This document shows, piece by piece, positions 34,120 to 46,337 of a stretch of DNA of 64,000 bases. Where the stretch lies: the NCBI GenBank assembly GCA_958009085.1, contig OY253680.1, positions 868,001 through 932,000 on the forward strand. The letters run 5' to 3'. This stretch comes from Protoeuglena noctilucae (taxonomy: Eukaryota). The position numbers were made by a program, and so were the translations under genes. The first letter of the stretch is position 1. The number at the start of each line of letters is the position of its first letter. The notes beneath the pieces were generated by a model. It made no database searches and had not been told where the DNA came from. It saw only the letters and a list, made by a program, of their open reading frames with translations.

Positions 34120-37098
34120 CTAGCGCGCCCCGACCGCGACCTTGCTCGCGGCCCCCTGCGCGATGCGGTCCGCAAACTCCCCGTAGCTGTACTCGACCAC
34201 CTTGCCGAGCGCCACCCCGGACACGTAGTTGCCCCCGAGCACGACCCCCTCGAGCCCCGCCTCGTCCAGGGCGCGCCGGGCGGCCGCCAGCGTCTCGTCG
34301 TGGCCCACGTTGAACTGCGGGCGCCAAATTGACGCGGCCCATTCGTCGATACGTGGCCAACTTCCCACCCTGCATGGTTATTTCAATCACACGATGCCTG
34401 AGTTAGCGCACTGCGCCCGCTGCTCGCCTGGGGGATGGCCCTGGGCCACACACGGATGCCGACCTTGATGGCCGGGGGCGCGTCCTCCTTGATGAGCATC
34501 TGCCTCACGTCCCTGTCCACCTGCGCCAGGATCTGGTCCTCGGTCTGGTCGACGATGGCCCGGTTGGTCGCACCGCCGATGTAGCTGAGGTGACGAGAGG
34601 GGGCGGGGGGTGAGAATCGCTGGGAGAGCACCCCACTACCTCAGCTCCCCACTCTCTCATCACCACAGCAGCAGCAGCAGCACGCATGACCGCACCCTCT
34701 CTGCACTGCCCCGTCACCCCTCCTCACCACAGCAGCAGCATGCAGCACCCCACCCTCCCTGCATGGCGCACCACCCCTCCCTCACCACAGCAGCAGCATC
34801 ATCTCCTCCTCCGCCCTCCCCGGGAAGAGAGACGAGGAGTAGATGGTCCCCAGCGTGACGATGCCCTGTGAGCGAGGGTGCAGCTGGCCGAACCCAGGCA
34901 CGGCCCCGCTGGCGTCCCGCCGGTCGTCACGCACGGCGCTCTTGGGGTACGCCACCGTCACGGCAGCCACGGGGGGATAGTCTGCGAGGGAAGGAGACGG
35001 GTGGGTGATGGGCCACAGTCACGGCAGTCAAGAGAGGAGGGTGTGCCGCCTAGTACTAAGGACGGGGATGACGATGACACGGGACTGTTCCCATGTTCCA
35101 GCCCAGCCCCTCATGCCACACGGGTGCATGGCCTGGTCTCACCAAACGCCCTCAGCGCCTCGGCTGCCTTGGGTGCCAGAGACTCCACGACGCTCGCCAC
35201 GGCGTACGAAGGAGTGGTCATGGCCACACGGCGAGCCTTGACCGTCTGCTTGCCGTCAGGGGTGCTGCAGAGAACACGGGGAACTGTGTATGCTGCTGAA
35301 CATGGCACAGCAAGCGCTGACAGGCTTTAACGACGGTCGATGCACTGCCATCAATCGCCCACATCCCTGCTCGCCATGGCCTCACCTGTAGGTCAGCTCG
35401 AACGTGCCGTCGGCCGCCTTGGCCAGGCTCTGCAGCGTCCACCCCGTGCGGATCTGCTCCTTCATCGTGCCCGCCAGAGCCTTGGGCAGCATCTGCAGGC
35501 CCTTGCTGCAAGGGAAAGGCGAGGGGGGGTAGCACATCAAATGGACAGACCTCCTAGCCCCTTCCGTCAACTCTCTCCCAAACACGCCCCACTCCCTCAC
35601 CTGCCCCCACACCCATATGTGCCCCGCGCACCCTCACCAGAACGATCCCACCGTCTGCCCCTTGGGCTTGGGCGGCAGGCGCGGGTCCCGGGGCGGCGGC
35701 GGGTTCTTCTTTCTGTCCTGAATGAGCTTGATGGCCCCACCGACCAGGGAGCCCCCCTCGGCCTCGAGGGAGTGGATGCGCCCAAACGCGGCCTTCATGG
35801 AGAGCTTGGACGGGTCCCCCGCGTACACCCCGGAGCAGAAGGGCTCGATGAGGCGGTAGAACACCTCGTCGCCCAGGTTGCGCTGCGGGGGACACGGGTG
35901 CAGGGCATTGAGCAGGGCAGGCACGAGATGGTGGGGTGCGTGACCATAGCAAGGGCTGCGTGACCAGCACACTGTCAACACATGCCCAATTCCTCACAAC
36001 ACACTCAACCTCACGTTTCCCATCACTTCACGTCTCCCTTCTCCCACCCAGCCCCCGCAGCCACATCCCATCACATCCCATCACGCATCTACATCCCAAC
36101 CCATCAGGCATCATTGCTCACCCGGATGAACTGCTCCACCGTCTCCTCGAACGATGGCATCGGCCCCGCCTTGTAGAGACCCACGGCGCCCAGCCCCGCC
36201 CGGATCTTGCCCCACAGGGACAGCAGGTCGAACGTGAGCACGTCGGGGCCCGAGGGCGTGGCGCGGAGCTTCTTCTCCCAGAAAACGAAGCGGGGGGCCT
36301 TGGGGTCGCCCAGCACCAAGTCCTTCTCGATGCCTGCAGTTGGTGCGAAAGAAGGGGTCAGACTGCTCCAGGTGGGGATGCGCACGGCCTGGGGAGCAGT
36401 AGGTGGGCGACGAGTGTGTTAGGGCGTGGCACGCGCACCGGCGTCGACGGCGATCTGCAGCATGGAGTCGTTGGGCTGGAAAGAGTTGGGGCCCTCCTCC
36501 CAGACGTAGTGCCGTCCCTCGACGTCGCCCTCCATGGAAGTGATGTTGCCGCCCACGCGGTCGCGCGCCTCCGTGATGAGGAAGGAGGTGCCCTTGTGGC
36601 GGGTCTGAAGGGCCTGACCGGCGCAGAGGCCGGAAAGGCCGCCTCCGACGATCACCACATCCACGGAAGTCGCCGCGGCGCGCGCCCGCTGCGGAGGGGC
36701 GGGAGGGCAAGGGAGTGTCTCCAGTAGCGCGCGCGGCTCCCGGGATCGCGGGCAAGCAAGCTAAGCATTGCGAGGCAAACATCGACATCGATGCGCGCAG
36801 TCCAGGCGCGAAAGAATCGGCGCGCTTCGCGCACGCTCGGATGAGATAAGTCGGCTGCAGTGGGCGATGCAGTGCCGCCGGGAGGCTCCGCATCGACGCG
36901 CGGGAGGGGCGCGAGCCGCGATGCAAACGTCAAAGGGCACACAGAACTCGCGGGTGCTCCATCCGCGGCCGCATCGACCAAGTCAGAGCAGAGATACACG
37001 GCGACCCCTCGGGCAGTCACCAGGCTCCGGGATCGCAGCGCCCGCCCCCTGGCAGGGCAGCGCGTCAGCGACGACGACTGGGAGGACGCGGAGATCAT
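34120..37098 (-). CDS. PPOX: Plastid protoporphyrinogen oxidase
   Basis: [74 protein letters not shown]; transit-peptide-like first exon at 37098. Confidence 0.95.
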
Positions 37099-37404
37099 GA
37101 TAGAGCCGATGTATGCAGGTCTAGAACGTGAGTAAGCGCACAGCAGGTCAATCTAATGGCGAAGAGCCGGCGAATGGCTGCCGGCGCAGAGGTGGCAGGC
37201 TAGCAATTGTGCACTTCTGGCCTGGGAGACGCGCTGAGGACCACAGAGGGCCACGGTCGAAGAGCTGACGAACGTCGTTCAGAAACAGCGCGCCAGATGC
37301 ATCGAAATGTAACCGACATCCGCCGTTGCCTTCCACAACTGCATGACATTGCGCATCTCGAGGCGTGGGGGTGTGTGGCTGCAGAAATCGCTGGAAATCC
37401 GACC

Positions 37405-38469
37405 ATGCTCACGGCGAACTCGCTCTCGGCACCGCGACGCCCGGTTCTCTCGAGGTGGGTGGTGGATCCTTCCTCAGATGGACGCGATGGTTTGAAACGT
37501 CAAAGGAGGTGGGTGTGGTGCTGTATTTACCATAACAAGAGCTCCTGCTCGCAGGACGGCCAACGCGCGTGTGGTCCGCGTGTTTGCCAGCCCTGCCGAT
37601 CGAGCCGAGGCAAAGGCGAAGCTCCTCTCCCTCATAGAAGGCACGGACAGGGGTGCACGTGCCGACGAAGCCAAGCAGAAGGAGATTGAGGTAAGGGTCA
37701 CCGCACGACCGCACCGCCACCGCCAGGGTCACCGTGTCCTGCTAGTGTGACGCTCGCGCGCTCGGTGCGCCTCTCGCAGGCGGCCATCGCCCGATGCGAG
37801 CGCCTGAACCCCAACCCCAAGGCCCTCTCGTCGCCCCTGGTTAGCGGCAAGTGGCGCCTGGTCTACACTACGTCCTCGAGCATCCTCGGCACCAATCGCC
37901 CGGCCATCCTGCGCCCCCAGGCGAGTGGCTCCCGCGCTGACTCCCTCGCGCTGCAGTCGGGCTGCATGCACGGCGCCTGGACGCACTACTCCCGGCGCCC
38001 TCTGCAGGGCCCCATTTTTCAACTGATTGACGCCGACAACTTGCGTGCCAAGAACTGGGAGGCGGGGTGGCCATTCAGCCAGGTGTTTGCGGAACTGACG
38101 CCCGAGTCGAGTTCCCAAGTGCGCGTCGACTTTGTGCAGTTCCGCATCTTCTCCCTCATCCCCATCTCCGGTGAGGGCGTGTCTGGGCCGCAAGTGGCAA
38201 CGTTATGCTGTAGCAGGGGCGCTGTTTAGGCACACAACCAGTGACTGAGTGTGTGAGCCAGAGGCAAGCTCAGCAGTGCTGTTTGCTGCACCAACCACCC
38301 TTGCCATCGAGACACCCCCGCAGCACGGCGTGGGGACAACCCCGCGCGTGGTTTCCTGGATGTGACGTATGTGGACGAGGAGATTCGCATTTCAAGGGGG
38401 GACAAGGGCAACCTGTTTGTGCTGCTCCAGGAGGACAACAAGGCGCGACTGCAGCGCATCGGGTGGTGA
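37405..38469 (+). CDS. Plastid fibrillin / PAP-domain protein
   Basis: [45 protein letters not shown]. Confidence 0.9.
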
Positions 38470-38597
38470 CGGCTGCGACAACCTAACGCCCATCGATCAT
38501 GCGCACATACGACCATGCAGACACGGATCCAAGATACCCAGGGCTGACAGCTACCCAGCGTGCGCTGCGCCGGCCGTAGCAGCCCGCAGCCCTTGCG

Positions 38598-40067
38598 TCA
38601 CGCATCCACGGCCTCCTTCTCCCGCACGCTTGCCTCTTGACCCTTGGGGGTCTCCGTTGATGCTGGGGCAGCCTTGCTGGCATTGCTGGCCGGCTGAGGG
38701 GCCTCGGGTACCTGCGGCGACAGCCACCCTCCTCCGTTGCCTGTAATGCACGCTCCTCGCCCCAAAGCTGACCTATGGTGCAAACCCCCCGCACGTCTCC
38801 ATCCCTACCCACTCCCCCCTCGCCTGTGGCTTGAAGTTGATTTCCCTCTCGAAGGCCGGGTCGACCGCCATGCGCCCGCCCATCAGCATCAGCCCCGCCC
38901 CGTTCGCCATGAACATGAAGGTGAGGAGGTAGGACCCACCCTGGACCATCGTCTTGAGCGCCACAACGACGGTGCGCAGGGGGCCCTCCTCGGGGAGGCT
39001 GTAGCCATCGAGGGCGATGTCGAGGATGCCACACAGCTGGTACAGCGCCGTAGCGATGCCCAGGGCCAGGGCGCCGGAGAGCACCGCCTCGTGCGGGCGC
39101 ACGGGCTCAGTCCGCTCGGTTTTCCTGCGAGATGGGCGGAGTGGGGATGGGCTGTGCGGGCGGCTGGAGGGGCGCGCGCGTTGGGGATAGGCTGCACAGT
39201 TCGCCGTGCTGCGCTCACCACCACCGGCCCTGGAGGGCGTCCGTGTCGATCTTCCCGGTCCTCAAACTCGCCAGCCGCGTGCTCGTCGCGAACTTGGCCC
39301 TCTGCCGAAGGCAACGGGAGGCAGCGCAGTGAGGGCGCTGCAGCAACCGGCAGCCAGGGCCGCCCACAGCCTCCCCGGCGGCACAAATGCACCTTGTTGA
39401 ACAAACGGGCAAAGAAAACGATGATGAGCACCGTGTACAGCACGCCACCGAGCGTCTCGAAGATCTGGGCACCGTTCTCTGCGGGAAGGGAAGCCGGCTG
39501 GTACCCTGCGCATCCTCCAGACCCTTGTTTGGCAGAAAGCATGGCGTTATAAGTCCTGCTAACGGCATCAAACGCTCTGGCTCCTCACCGTTGTTGTACG
39601 GCACGGCTTCCTCCGCCGCCCGCGCCATGGGGCTGGAAAGCAGGGCTGCCGCGACCGCGAGAGCCGCGCCCTCGACCGCGCGCACCGCGTGTGCGATGTC
39701 TCCATCTGCTGGCAAGGCGTGAGCGCAATCTTTCCTCGCCGCTCTCCGAAAGTGGGATAACGCGCAAGCGGCAGGGCAAGCCCTCACCCGTCGGCCGCAC
39801 GGGCCCATGCTGCTCCCTCAGAGCACGTGAGCGAATGAGCCTGCGTCCGGGAGTCCCCGCTCCTCCAGCACAGCGTCCCGACGTCTCGCCCGCGGGGTTC
39901 CGCGGAAGCGCTGCGATTGGAGCCGCGCGCCGCCTGCGAGCCGGACCCGACGCATCCGCGGGAGGTGCTTGCGTCAGAGCATGCGAATGCTTCACTGCGG
40001 CACGAGTGTGCGGCAGTCCATGGAACCCCAGGACCACCCTCGATGCCCGCGCGGCCGTGGCAGACAT
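38598..40067 (-). CDS. Plastid DUF3082-like membrane protein
   Basis: LSGALALGIATALYQL...LRTVVVALKTMVQGGSYLLTFMFMANGAGL with a transit-peptide-like N-terminus; ends approximate. Confidence 0.65.
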
Positions 40068-40346
40068 CACAAGCAACGATTGGAGCGTGAGGGGCCAAGG
40101 GCTGAGGCACGAATGGAAGCAATGCTGGAGAGCCAATGGAACGCAACTGCTTTCTCAGTTTCGGAAGCTGACGTTCCTGGCAGCTTTTGTGCTGCACACC
40201 ACTGTGTGGTGCTTTTGGCCCGAGCCTTGCCGGACCATACGGCAGGTGCGCCGCGAGGCGGCTTGCCCACGCGGACCTCCTCCTCGACTCCTCGTCGTGG
40301 TCCTTTGCTCCACGCTGTGCCTGCTGCGCTTTCACACGCGCAGCGC

Positions 40347-41246
40347 ATGGCCTCCGCGGCACGCAGGGAGCTTCTCTGCGACGCCTTCTGCGAGTACCTG
40401 GAGGCAGCGGTCCACCAGCTGCTATATGCCAGGGGAGTCTATCCCCGCGAGCTCTTCGCCTCGTTCGGCCTCTACGGCGCCGAAGTCTTCAAGGCGCGTC
40501 CTTCCGCACCCTGTGCGCGCTTCCACGAAGGTTCTTGGCTCCCTCACCGTGTCCGCGCTTACATCGGCCCGCTGTGCGCGCAGTGCCGGCATCCGGAGGT
40601 GGCCTTCTACATCCACGACACCGTCGCGTCCCTGCGGGAGGCCATCGCGAGCGGAGAGGTGCCTCGCGTGGCCGTTGTCATTCATTCTGGGGAATCCGGC
40701 GAACAAGAGGGCCTCAACGCGCTCGAGCGACACGTCTTTGAGGTGCAGCTGGGCTCTCCCGGTGAGGGCCGCGCACCCGGTTCGCGGAAGTACGGAGCGT
40801 CTCATGACCACGCTCAGCACGTCGTTCATTGCTTGCTGCAGGTCAGGGCGCCGTCCGCGAGCCGGCGCTGGCGGTGGAGGCTCTGGAACGCCACCTGCGG
40901 GCGTCCCTCGTCCGGCTGCAGAGCCTCAACTTGCCGTCCCTTCCAGCGGACGCCACGTTCCAAATCGTGGCGTATGCCAGGAGAGAAGAGCAGTCCCGCA
41001 CCGTCCTCTCCTCAACAGGTCAGGGCTGCTCAGCCAGTGGCATGCGTTCAAGCTCACATTGCAGAAATGCAGCTTTCCTCCCTTTCAATCCCCGCTCCCC
41101 GGCCCTCCCCCGCAGCGTGGATCGAAGAGGATCCTGAGCTCGGGGGCACCGAGCTTGCCGCGCCCGCCGCTCTGCACGAGCCCCGCACGTTTGCTGCTGC
41201 CGGCCTTTGGCTCCAGACCTTTTCCGAAGTCCCCCGCCCCGATTGA
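40347..41246 (+). CDS. REV7: REV7/MAD2L2 HORMA-domain protein
   Basis: CEYLEAAVHQLLYARGVYPRELF, CRHPEVAFYI, LERHVFEV. Confidence 0.85.
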   Translation: MASAARRELLCDAFCEYLEAAVHQLLYARGVYPRELFASFGLYGAEVFKARPSAPCARFHEGSWLPHRVRAYIGPLCAQCRHPEVAFYIHDTVASLREAIASGEVPRVAVVIHSGESGEQEGLNALERHVFEVQLGSPGEGRAPGSRKYGASHDHAQHVVHCLLQVRAPSASRRWRWRLWNATCGRPSSGCRASTCRPFQRTPRSKSWRMPGEKSSPAPSSPQQVRAAQPVACVQAHIAEMQLSSLSIPAPRPSPAAWIEEDPELGGTELAAPAALHEPRTFAAAGLWLQTFSEVPRPD

Positions 41247-41303
41247 ATGCAGTGGATAGCATGGAGACAGAGCAGGCCCGTTTGCACCACACCTCTCTCG
41301 CCC

Positions 41304-42956
41304 TCACAGCTGGTCGTCGTATGCCTCGTCCCCCGCAACATCCTTACCCTCCAGAATGTCCCTCAGCCTTGGGAGGTCCCGGCCGCCCTCGATCTGCGCA
41401 AGCCAATTAAGCTTACTGCTCGCACCGCGCGTCCTCGCCAGCCGCACTGCCCGTCATCTCTCATGCCGCGCACCCCCGCACCCCCGTCATCCGCTCCCTC
41501 ACCTTCTTCCCGTTGATAACCCAGGTGGGGTATCCCCGGATGCCAGCCTCCTTGCACGCGGGCGCCTGCTCCATGCCCTTCTTCCACCCATCCGGGAAGC
41601 ACTCGACATAGGGGAAGGCGCCCATCGCCTCCGCCCCAAACGCCTCCTTCTGTTCCAGGCAATGAGGGCACCAGAAGGCCCCGTACATTCTGGCACCGGA
41701 GGCGTTGAGGTCACGTGCCAAGTCGAGCGCGCCGGGGGGGCTGGACGTGGCCACCAGGGGCTCCTGGTACGGGACCTGCGGGGGGGCGAGGAACGCGAAC
41801 CGTCACGACTCACGGATGCGGCAGTCACTGCAAAACGATGGAGTGGGAACATCGGACCAGACTGCTGGTGTAGGGACAGGGCAGCGGATATGGGAATGTG
41901 AGAAGCTATGGGGCCACATCTAACAAGGGTGCCCACCACGCCTAGTCGCGCCATCCAAGAAATCAGCCTTGAGTTGAGTCCTCGTCACCTCGGTCACGGC
42001 CGCGTCGCTGGGCCCGCCGAGGAGCAGCGCCCCGATCGTGACCGCCATCCCCGCCGCAGCGCTGCCCCCGCTCCTCAAAGCGTCGCCCTCTTTCGCCGCC
42101 ACCGGGGCCGCCGCCACCAGCATGCCCGCCGACAGACCCGCGGACAGGAGACACCACGTGCAGAGGTCGCCTTGGAACTGCGGGCGAGGAGCCCCGGATG
42201 CGGGCTCAAGAACAACGGCACCTCATGTGACACCATCAACAGGCTATCCCACGCCCCCACGCCGCCATCGCAATCACCTCGGTGAAGAGCACCCACATGA
42301 GGTACGCGCTGGTCGTGGCCAGAGCTGCGACCCCCGCCACGAGGCCCTGGTCCAGCAGGCGGCCGGGGCCAGGCTCCGGGTTTCGGGAGGCCTGGGCGCG
42401 TGCGAGGGACAGGGCCAGCACAGCGCCGTAGGCCCCCATGCCGTACAGCGACAGCGGCTGGCCGAACAGCTCGGCATACTCCGACGTGAGGACCGTCTCG
42501 CACGTCCCGGTCGCGGGGCAGAAGACGGAGACGTCCAGGAGCTTGCTGACGGTCAAGTAGGCCGTCTGCGGGAGGCGTGTGGGGAATCGGATGGGCTCAA
42601 CTAATGGCTTACGGTACGTTTCAGCCATGCACATCGAGAATGGGTGGATGCGGGCGCGAACGACGCCTCCGGGAGCGGGTTGGGCCCGTCACCTCCGCGA
42701 AACCCAGTCCGGAGAGCACGGCGAGAGGGACGTGCGGGGCAAAACCCCCGCGATCGCTCGCACGTGCATCGATGCGCCTAGCGCGACGGCCCACGGGGAG
42801 ACGGAGCCCAGGGCAAGTTTGCGTGCGCTGGATGTCTCCCAGGGCGTACCGGCCAGACACCGACGCGCGCAGCGTGTCAGCCCGTCGGAGAGGTGAAGCG
42901 TGGACGCAGCCGGCTCCGGCGGTGTGACCGGAGAGAGCAGCCGGGTGGAGGCTCAT
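41304..42956 (-). CDS. LTO1: Thylakoid VKOR-thioredoxin fusion (LTO1-like)
   Basis: TAYLT..KL, CPATGTCETVLTSEYA.LFG.PL, CTWC motif, MYGAFWCPHCLEQK, YVECFPDG, GYPTWVING. Confidence 0.9.
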
Positions 42957-43186
42957 TGCGTTTGCTTGCGACCGACCTCTTGCTCAGAAGAATGTTATTC
43001 AAGGAGCTGGCCGTGCCCGCGACAGTAAAAACGAATGGCACACCGTCGCTGCGGAAGTTTGCAACAGGCGAGCTCTCTGAGGGCCAGAAACGACACGCCA
43101 CTGGCGTGCATGTGAGTCAGGTACATACATGGTGCCATGCAAGTGATGTTGGGCTTGTAGATGGACGGCCGACCGTGGGCACAGGC

Positions 43187-44712
43187 TCACGTCCGCGGCT
43201 TGGCCTTGTTCTCCCACGCGTCGAGCGCGCGCACGTCGTTCATGTTTCCCTGCCTCACGATCAGGCGCTGGCGCTCCATGCCAATGGCGCGGCGCTGGTG
43301 GCAGGAAATCTGCGGGTGTTAAACGACATGCAGGATGTCGCAGGGTGTGCAAGCGCAGCGCTGCGGCGTGTCTGCACAGGCACCCAGGCGCACCACCCCC
43401 CGCTCGCCTCGGGTGGCGGGAGGAGGGTTTTGAGGAACCGCGAGTACGTCGGCGAGTCAATGTGCTGCTGCCAGATCCCCGCCGCCAGCTCCACGTGCAT
43501 CGGCGCCCCCAGCGCGCCCGTCATGTCCCCCGCCGCCCCCTGCCCCTGCAAATGACAGACCCCATTGGGAGCGATCGTCACGTCACCAAACAGCGTCGCA
43601 TCTCACAAGCACCTGCATGCTCTCTACACCCATGCATCTTTTGTGCCAACATTTGCACTCCCCAGATTGTGCCCCACGCCCTGCCGCCTCGCCTTGAGTG
43701 CCCCTGAGTCGACCTTTCGCAGGCGACTGAAGGTGTCCTCCAATTGCATCTCCGTCGTCGATCGGTCCGTGCCGTGCTTGCCCGACTGCCGCCCCAAACG
43801 CGGGACACCCGGCAAGACCCCCTCCAGCGTGTCTTCCATCTTGCTGCGGCACGAAAGGGTGTCACGATCACACTCCGCATCCAATGCCGCTCCCGAGTCG
43901 TCCCCAGGCACCCCATGCAGCTGGGGCCCTTGTCCCAACAGGTCCATGTGCTCAACATCAACCAGCCGTCGCCTCGCTGCAAGGCCGAGCACGCACTCAC
44001 CGGGGGGGTGGCGACACACGGCGGACGCCCTCCGGCCGCGGCGGGCGGTAGGGCTGCGGCGCGATAAACCTCCTCCCGCCAGGGCGGGCCTCGTGCTCTA
44101 CGGGCTCCAGGTGCCTCAGATGCCGCCTGTATCCCGCGTCCGCGGCCATTTGGTCTGCAGGCGGGGGCGCGGCGGGCGTGTCACGAACGCCACGTGCCGT
44201 GACTGTCCCGTCAAGCCAGGGCGGCGCTCACCCGCGCTCATGGTCCTCCGGTACATGTACGGATCGAGCGTGTCCCCCCGCGTATGCTGCGACATGATGT
44301 GGGGCTCCACAATGACACCCGACGTGGTGGCGTGCAAGTGCCGCCGGCCTCGGAAGGGCGTCTCGGGGGGCAGCTGGTACCACGCATCGAACCCCGTTCG
44401 CGACAGCTGCGCCGTGGGGGCGCTCGACACCTCCCGCCGGTGCTCGCCGAGGCGGAAATTGGGACGTGCCCCAGCGCCCAGGTCGGGGTCCGGCTCGTGC
44501 GCCCCGTACGCCCGGCTGGTGGTCAGCCAGCGGTTGTCGCTCCTCCTCTCCCTATTAGGCAGGTCCGCCACAATGTCACGCACCCCGCCTGTCCCCCGGA
44601 GCGTCGCCGCGGGCGGGGGATGCGCGGGGCCCGCCAGGTACACGGCAGGGATGGTGGCGCCCTGCCTGCCCGTGGAGACCCCGTGCGCGTGGAGTTCCTG
44701 ACCCTCCGGCAT
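43187..44712 (-). CDS. Hypothetical Arg/Pro/His-rich multi-exon protein (possibly flagellar-associated)
   Basis: MPEGQELHAHG... open exon with canonical splice sites, last exon ...NDVRALDAWENKAKPRT*. Functional guess is from composition only. Confidence 0.45.
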
Positions 44713-45331
44713 CCTCGAGCCCCGGCGTGTCTGCGGGCGGCCGCGCGGATGCGAGATACGGCCGACGGCACCTATTAACCCAACATGTGCGGCGCCGAGT
44801 CCTCGCAGGGCGCGCGGGAGCCGTCCAAGCGACGCCAACGCGATATAATCTGTCTCAAGCTTCGCGCACAGGCCCGCCACGGCCATGTACGCCACCGAGG
44901 AGTCGGTGCAGCTCCAGCCATGTGACCCGTGCTCACCTGCCGCGAGCGCGGCCCGGTGTCTCAGCAGCAGCCTGCTGACGATGGCATGCGATAGACGGAC
45001 GATGTAGCTACACAGAACTGTGCGCTGGGGGCCAGTTGCGACGCGCTGTGTTTGTGCCCAGGTCAGACGCCGGTGACTGGCGCACGCAAGCGTCTTTTGA
45101 ACGCGCTGCGAGGCGAGCTCCTTCGCACACGTGTTGTCCTGAGCAATCATTGTGATAATCGAAGATCGGGTGGCCCAGCGAGACCAGGGAATCGCGCATT
45201 ACGTTCAACGGGATCGGCGCGGCAGGAAGGTAGTCAGTGTGCGCGGTAAGAGTTTCAGGCGACGCTGTCATGGCTGCGGAAGGTAGCGCGACGCCAGCGG
45301 AGTCGCACGGGCGAGCTGGTGCGCGCAGGCG

Positions 45332-46037
45332 ATGAACGGGCGGCTCGACCGCCTCTGCGTGTTCTGCGGGTCGAGCTCGGGGGCCTCTCCGCGGTATGCG
45401 GAGGCGGCGAGGAGCCTCGCGGCGGAGATGGTGAAGCGGAACGTCAAGCTCGTGTATGGCGGCGGGAACGTCGGGCTGATGGGGGCCGTGGCCCACGCGG
45501 TGCACGATGGCTTAGGGGAGGGGAGCGTCCTCGGGGTCATCCCCGAGCACCTGCTGCCGCGCGAGGTGTCCGGCGAGACGGTCGGGGAGATACGCGTGAC
45601 GAAGGACATGCACTCGCGCAAGGCGACGATGGCGACCGCGGCGCAGGGGTTCGTGGCCCTGCCCGGGGGATTCGGGACGCTCGAGGAGCTGATGGAGGTC
45701 GTGACGTGGCATCATCTGGGATACCACGCGAAGCCCATCGGACTGCTCAACGTGGAGGGCTTCTTCGACCACCTGCTATCCCTGTTTGACCACATGACCA
45801 AGGAGGGCTTCCTGCGCAAGGCCAGCAGAGACATTGTGCTCGTGGCGGACGACCCTGCCGAGGTGGGCCGGGGCGGAGAGCAGGCATCAGCATGGCAGGC
45901 ATCCGCACCACAACAGCTGCCCCTGACAGCGGCGCCTGTGCTCGCAGCTGCTGGACAAGATGGAGCGCTATGAGGCGCCGCCCAGCCTCGTGGAGCTCGC
46001 CAAGTCGGGAAAACTCGACGTCCACACGCGCGGATAG
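45332..46037 (+). CDS. LOG: LOG-family (lonely guy) nucleotide phosphoribohydrolase
   Basis: CVFCGSSSG, LVYGGGNVGLMG, DMHSRK, LPGGFGTLEE, KPIGLLNVEGFF. A short extra 5' exon at 45270 is possible. Confidence 0.92.
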
Positions 46038-46337
46038 ATCAGATCGACTTGCTTTTGGCTGCCCCTGGCGCCAGTGACCCACACGCCAGCCTAGCCATGC
46101 AGTCCTAGCCCTGCGAATCGGGTCAAGCTGGTTGAAATCCACGTCAAGTATCTGCGTGTCGCCGCTCTCGACGCATGGCAGCGCCACCATGACCAGCAGG
46201 CGTGAGGACCCTGCTGTGCGTGCCCTGGCCGCTGGCCGCCTCTCCGGCGCTGAGCTGATCACGTTCGGCGGTCTAGGCGATCCAACTCGTCGTGGGTCCT
46301 GTCGCTGAGCCCCTCGCGCGGCCCCAGGGCACCGCAA

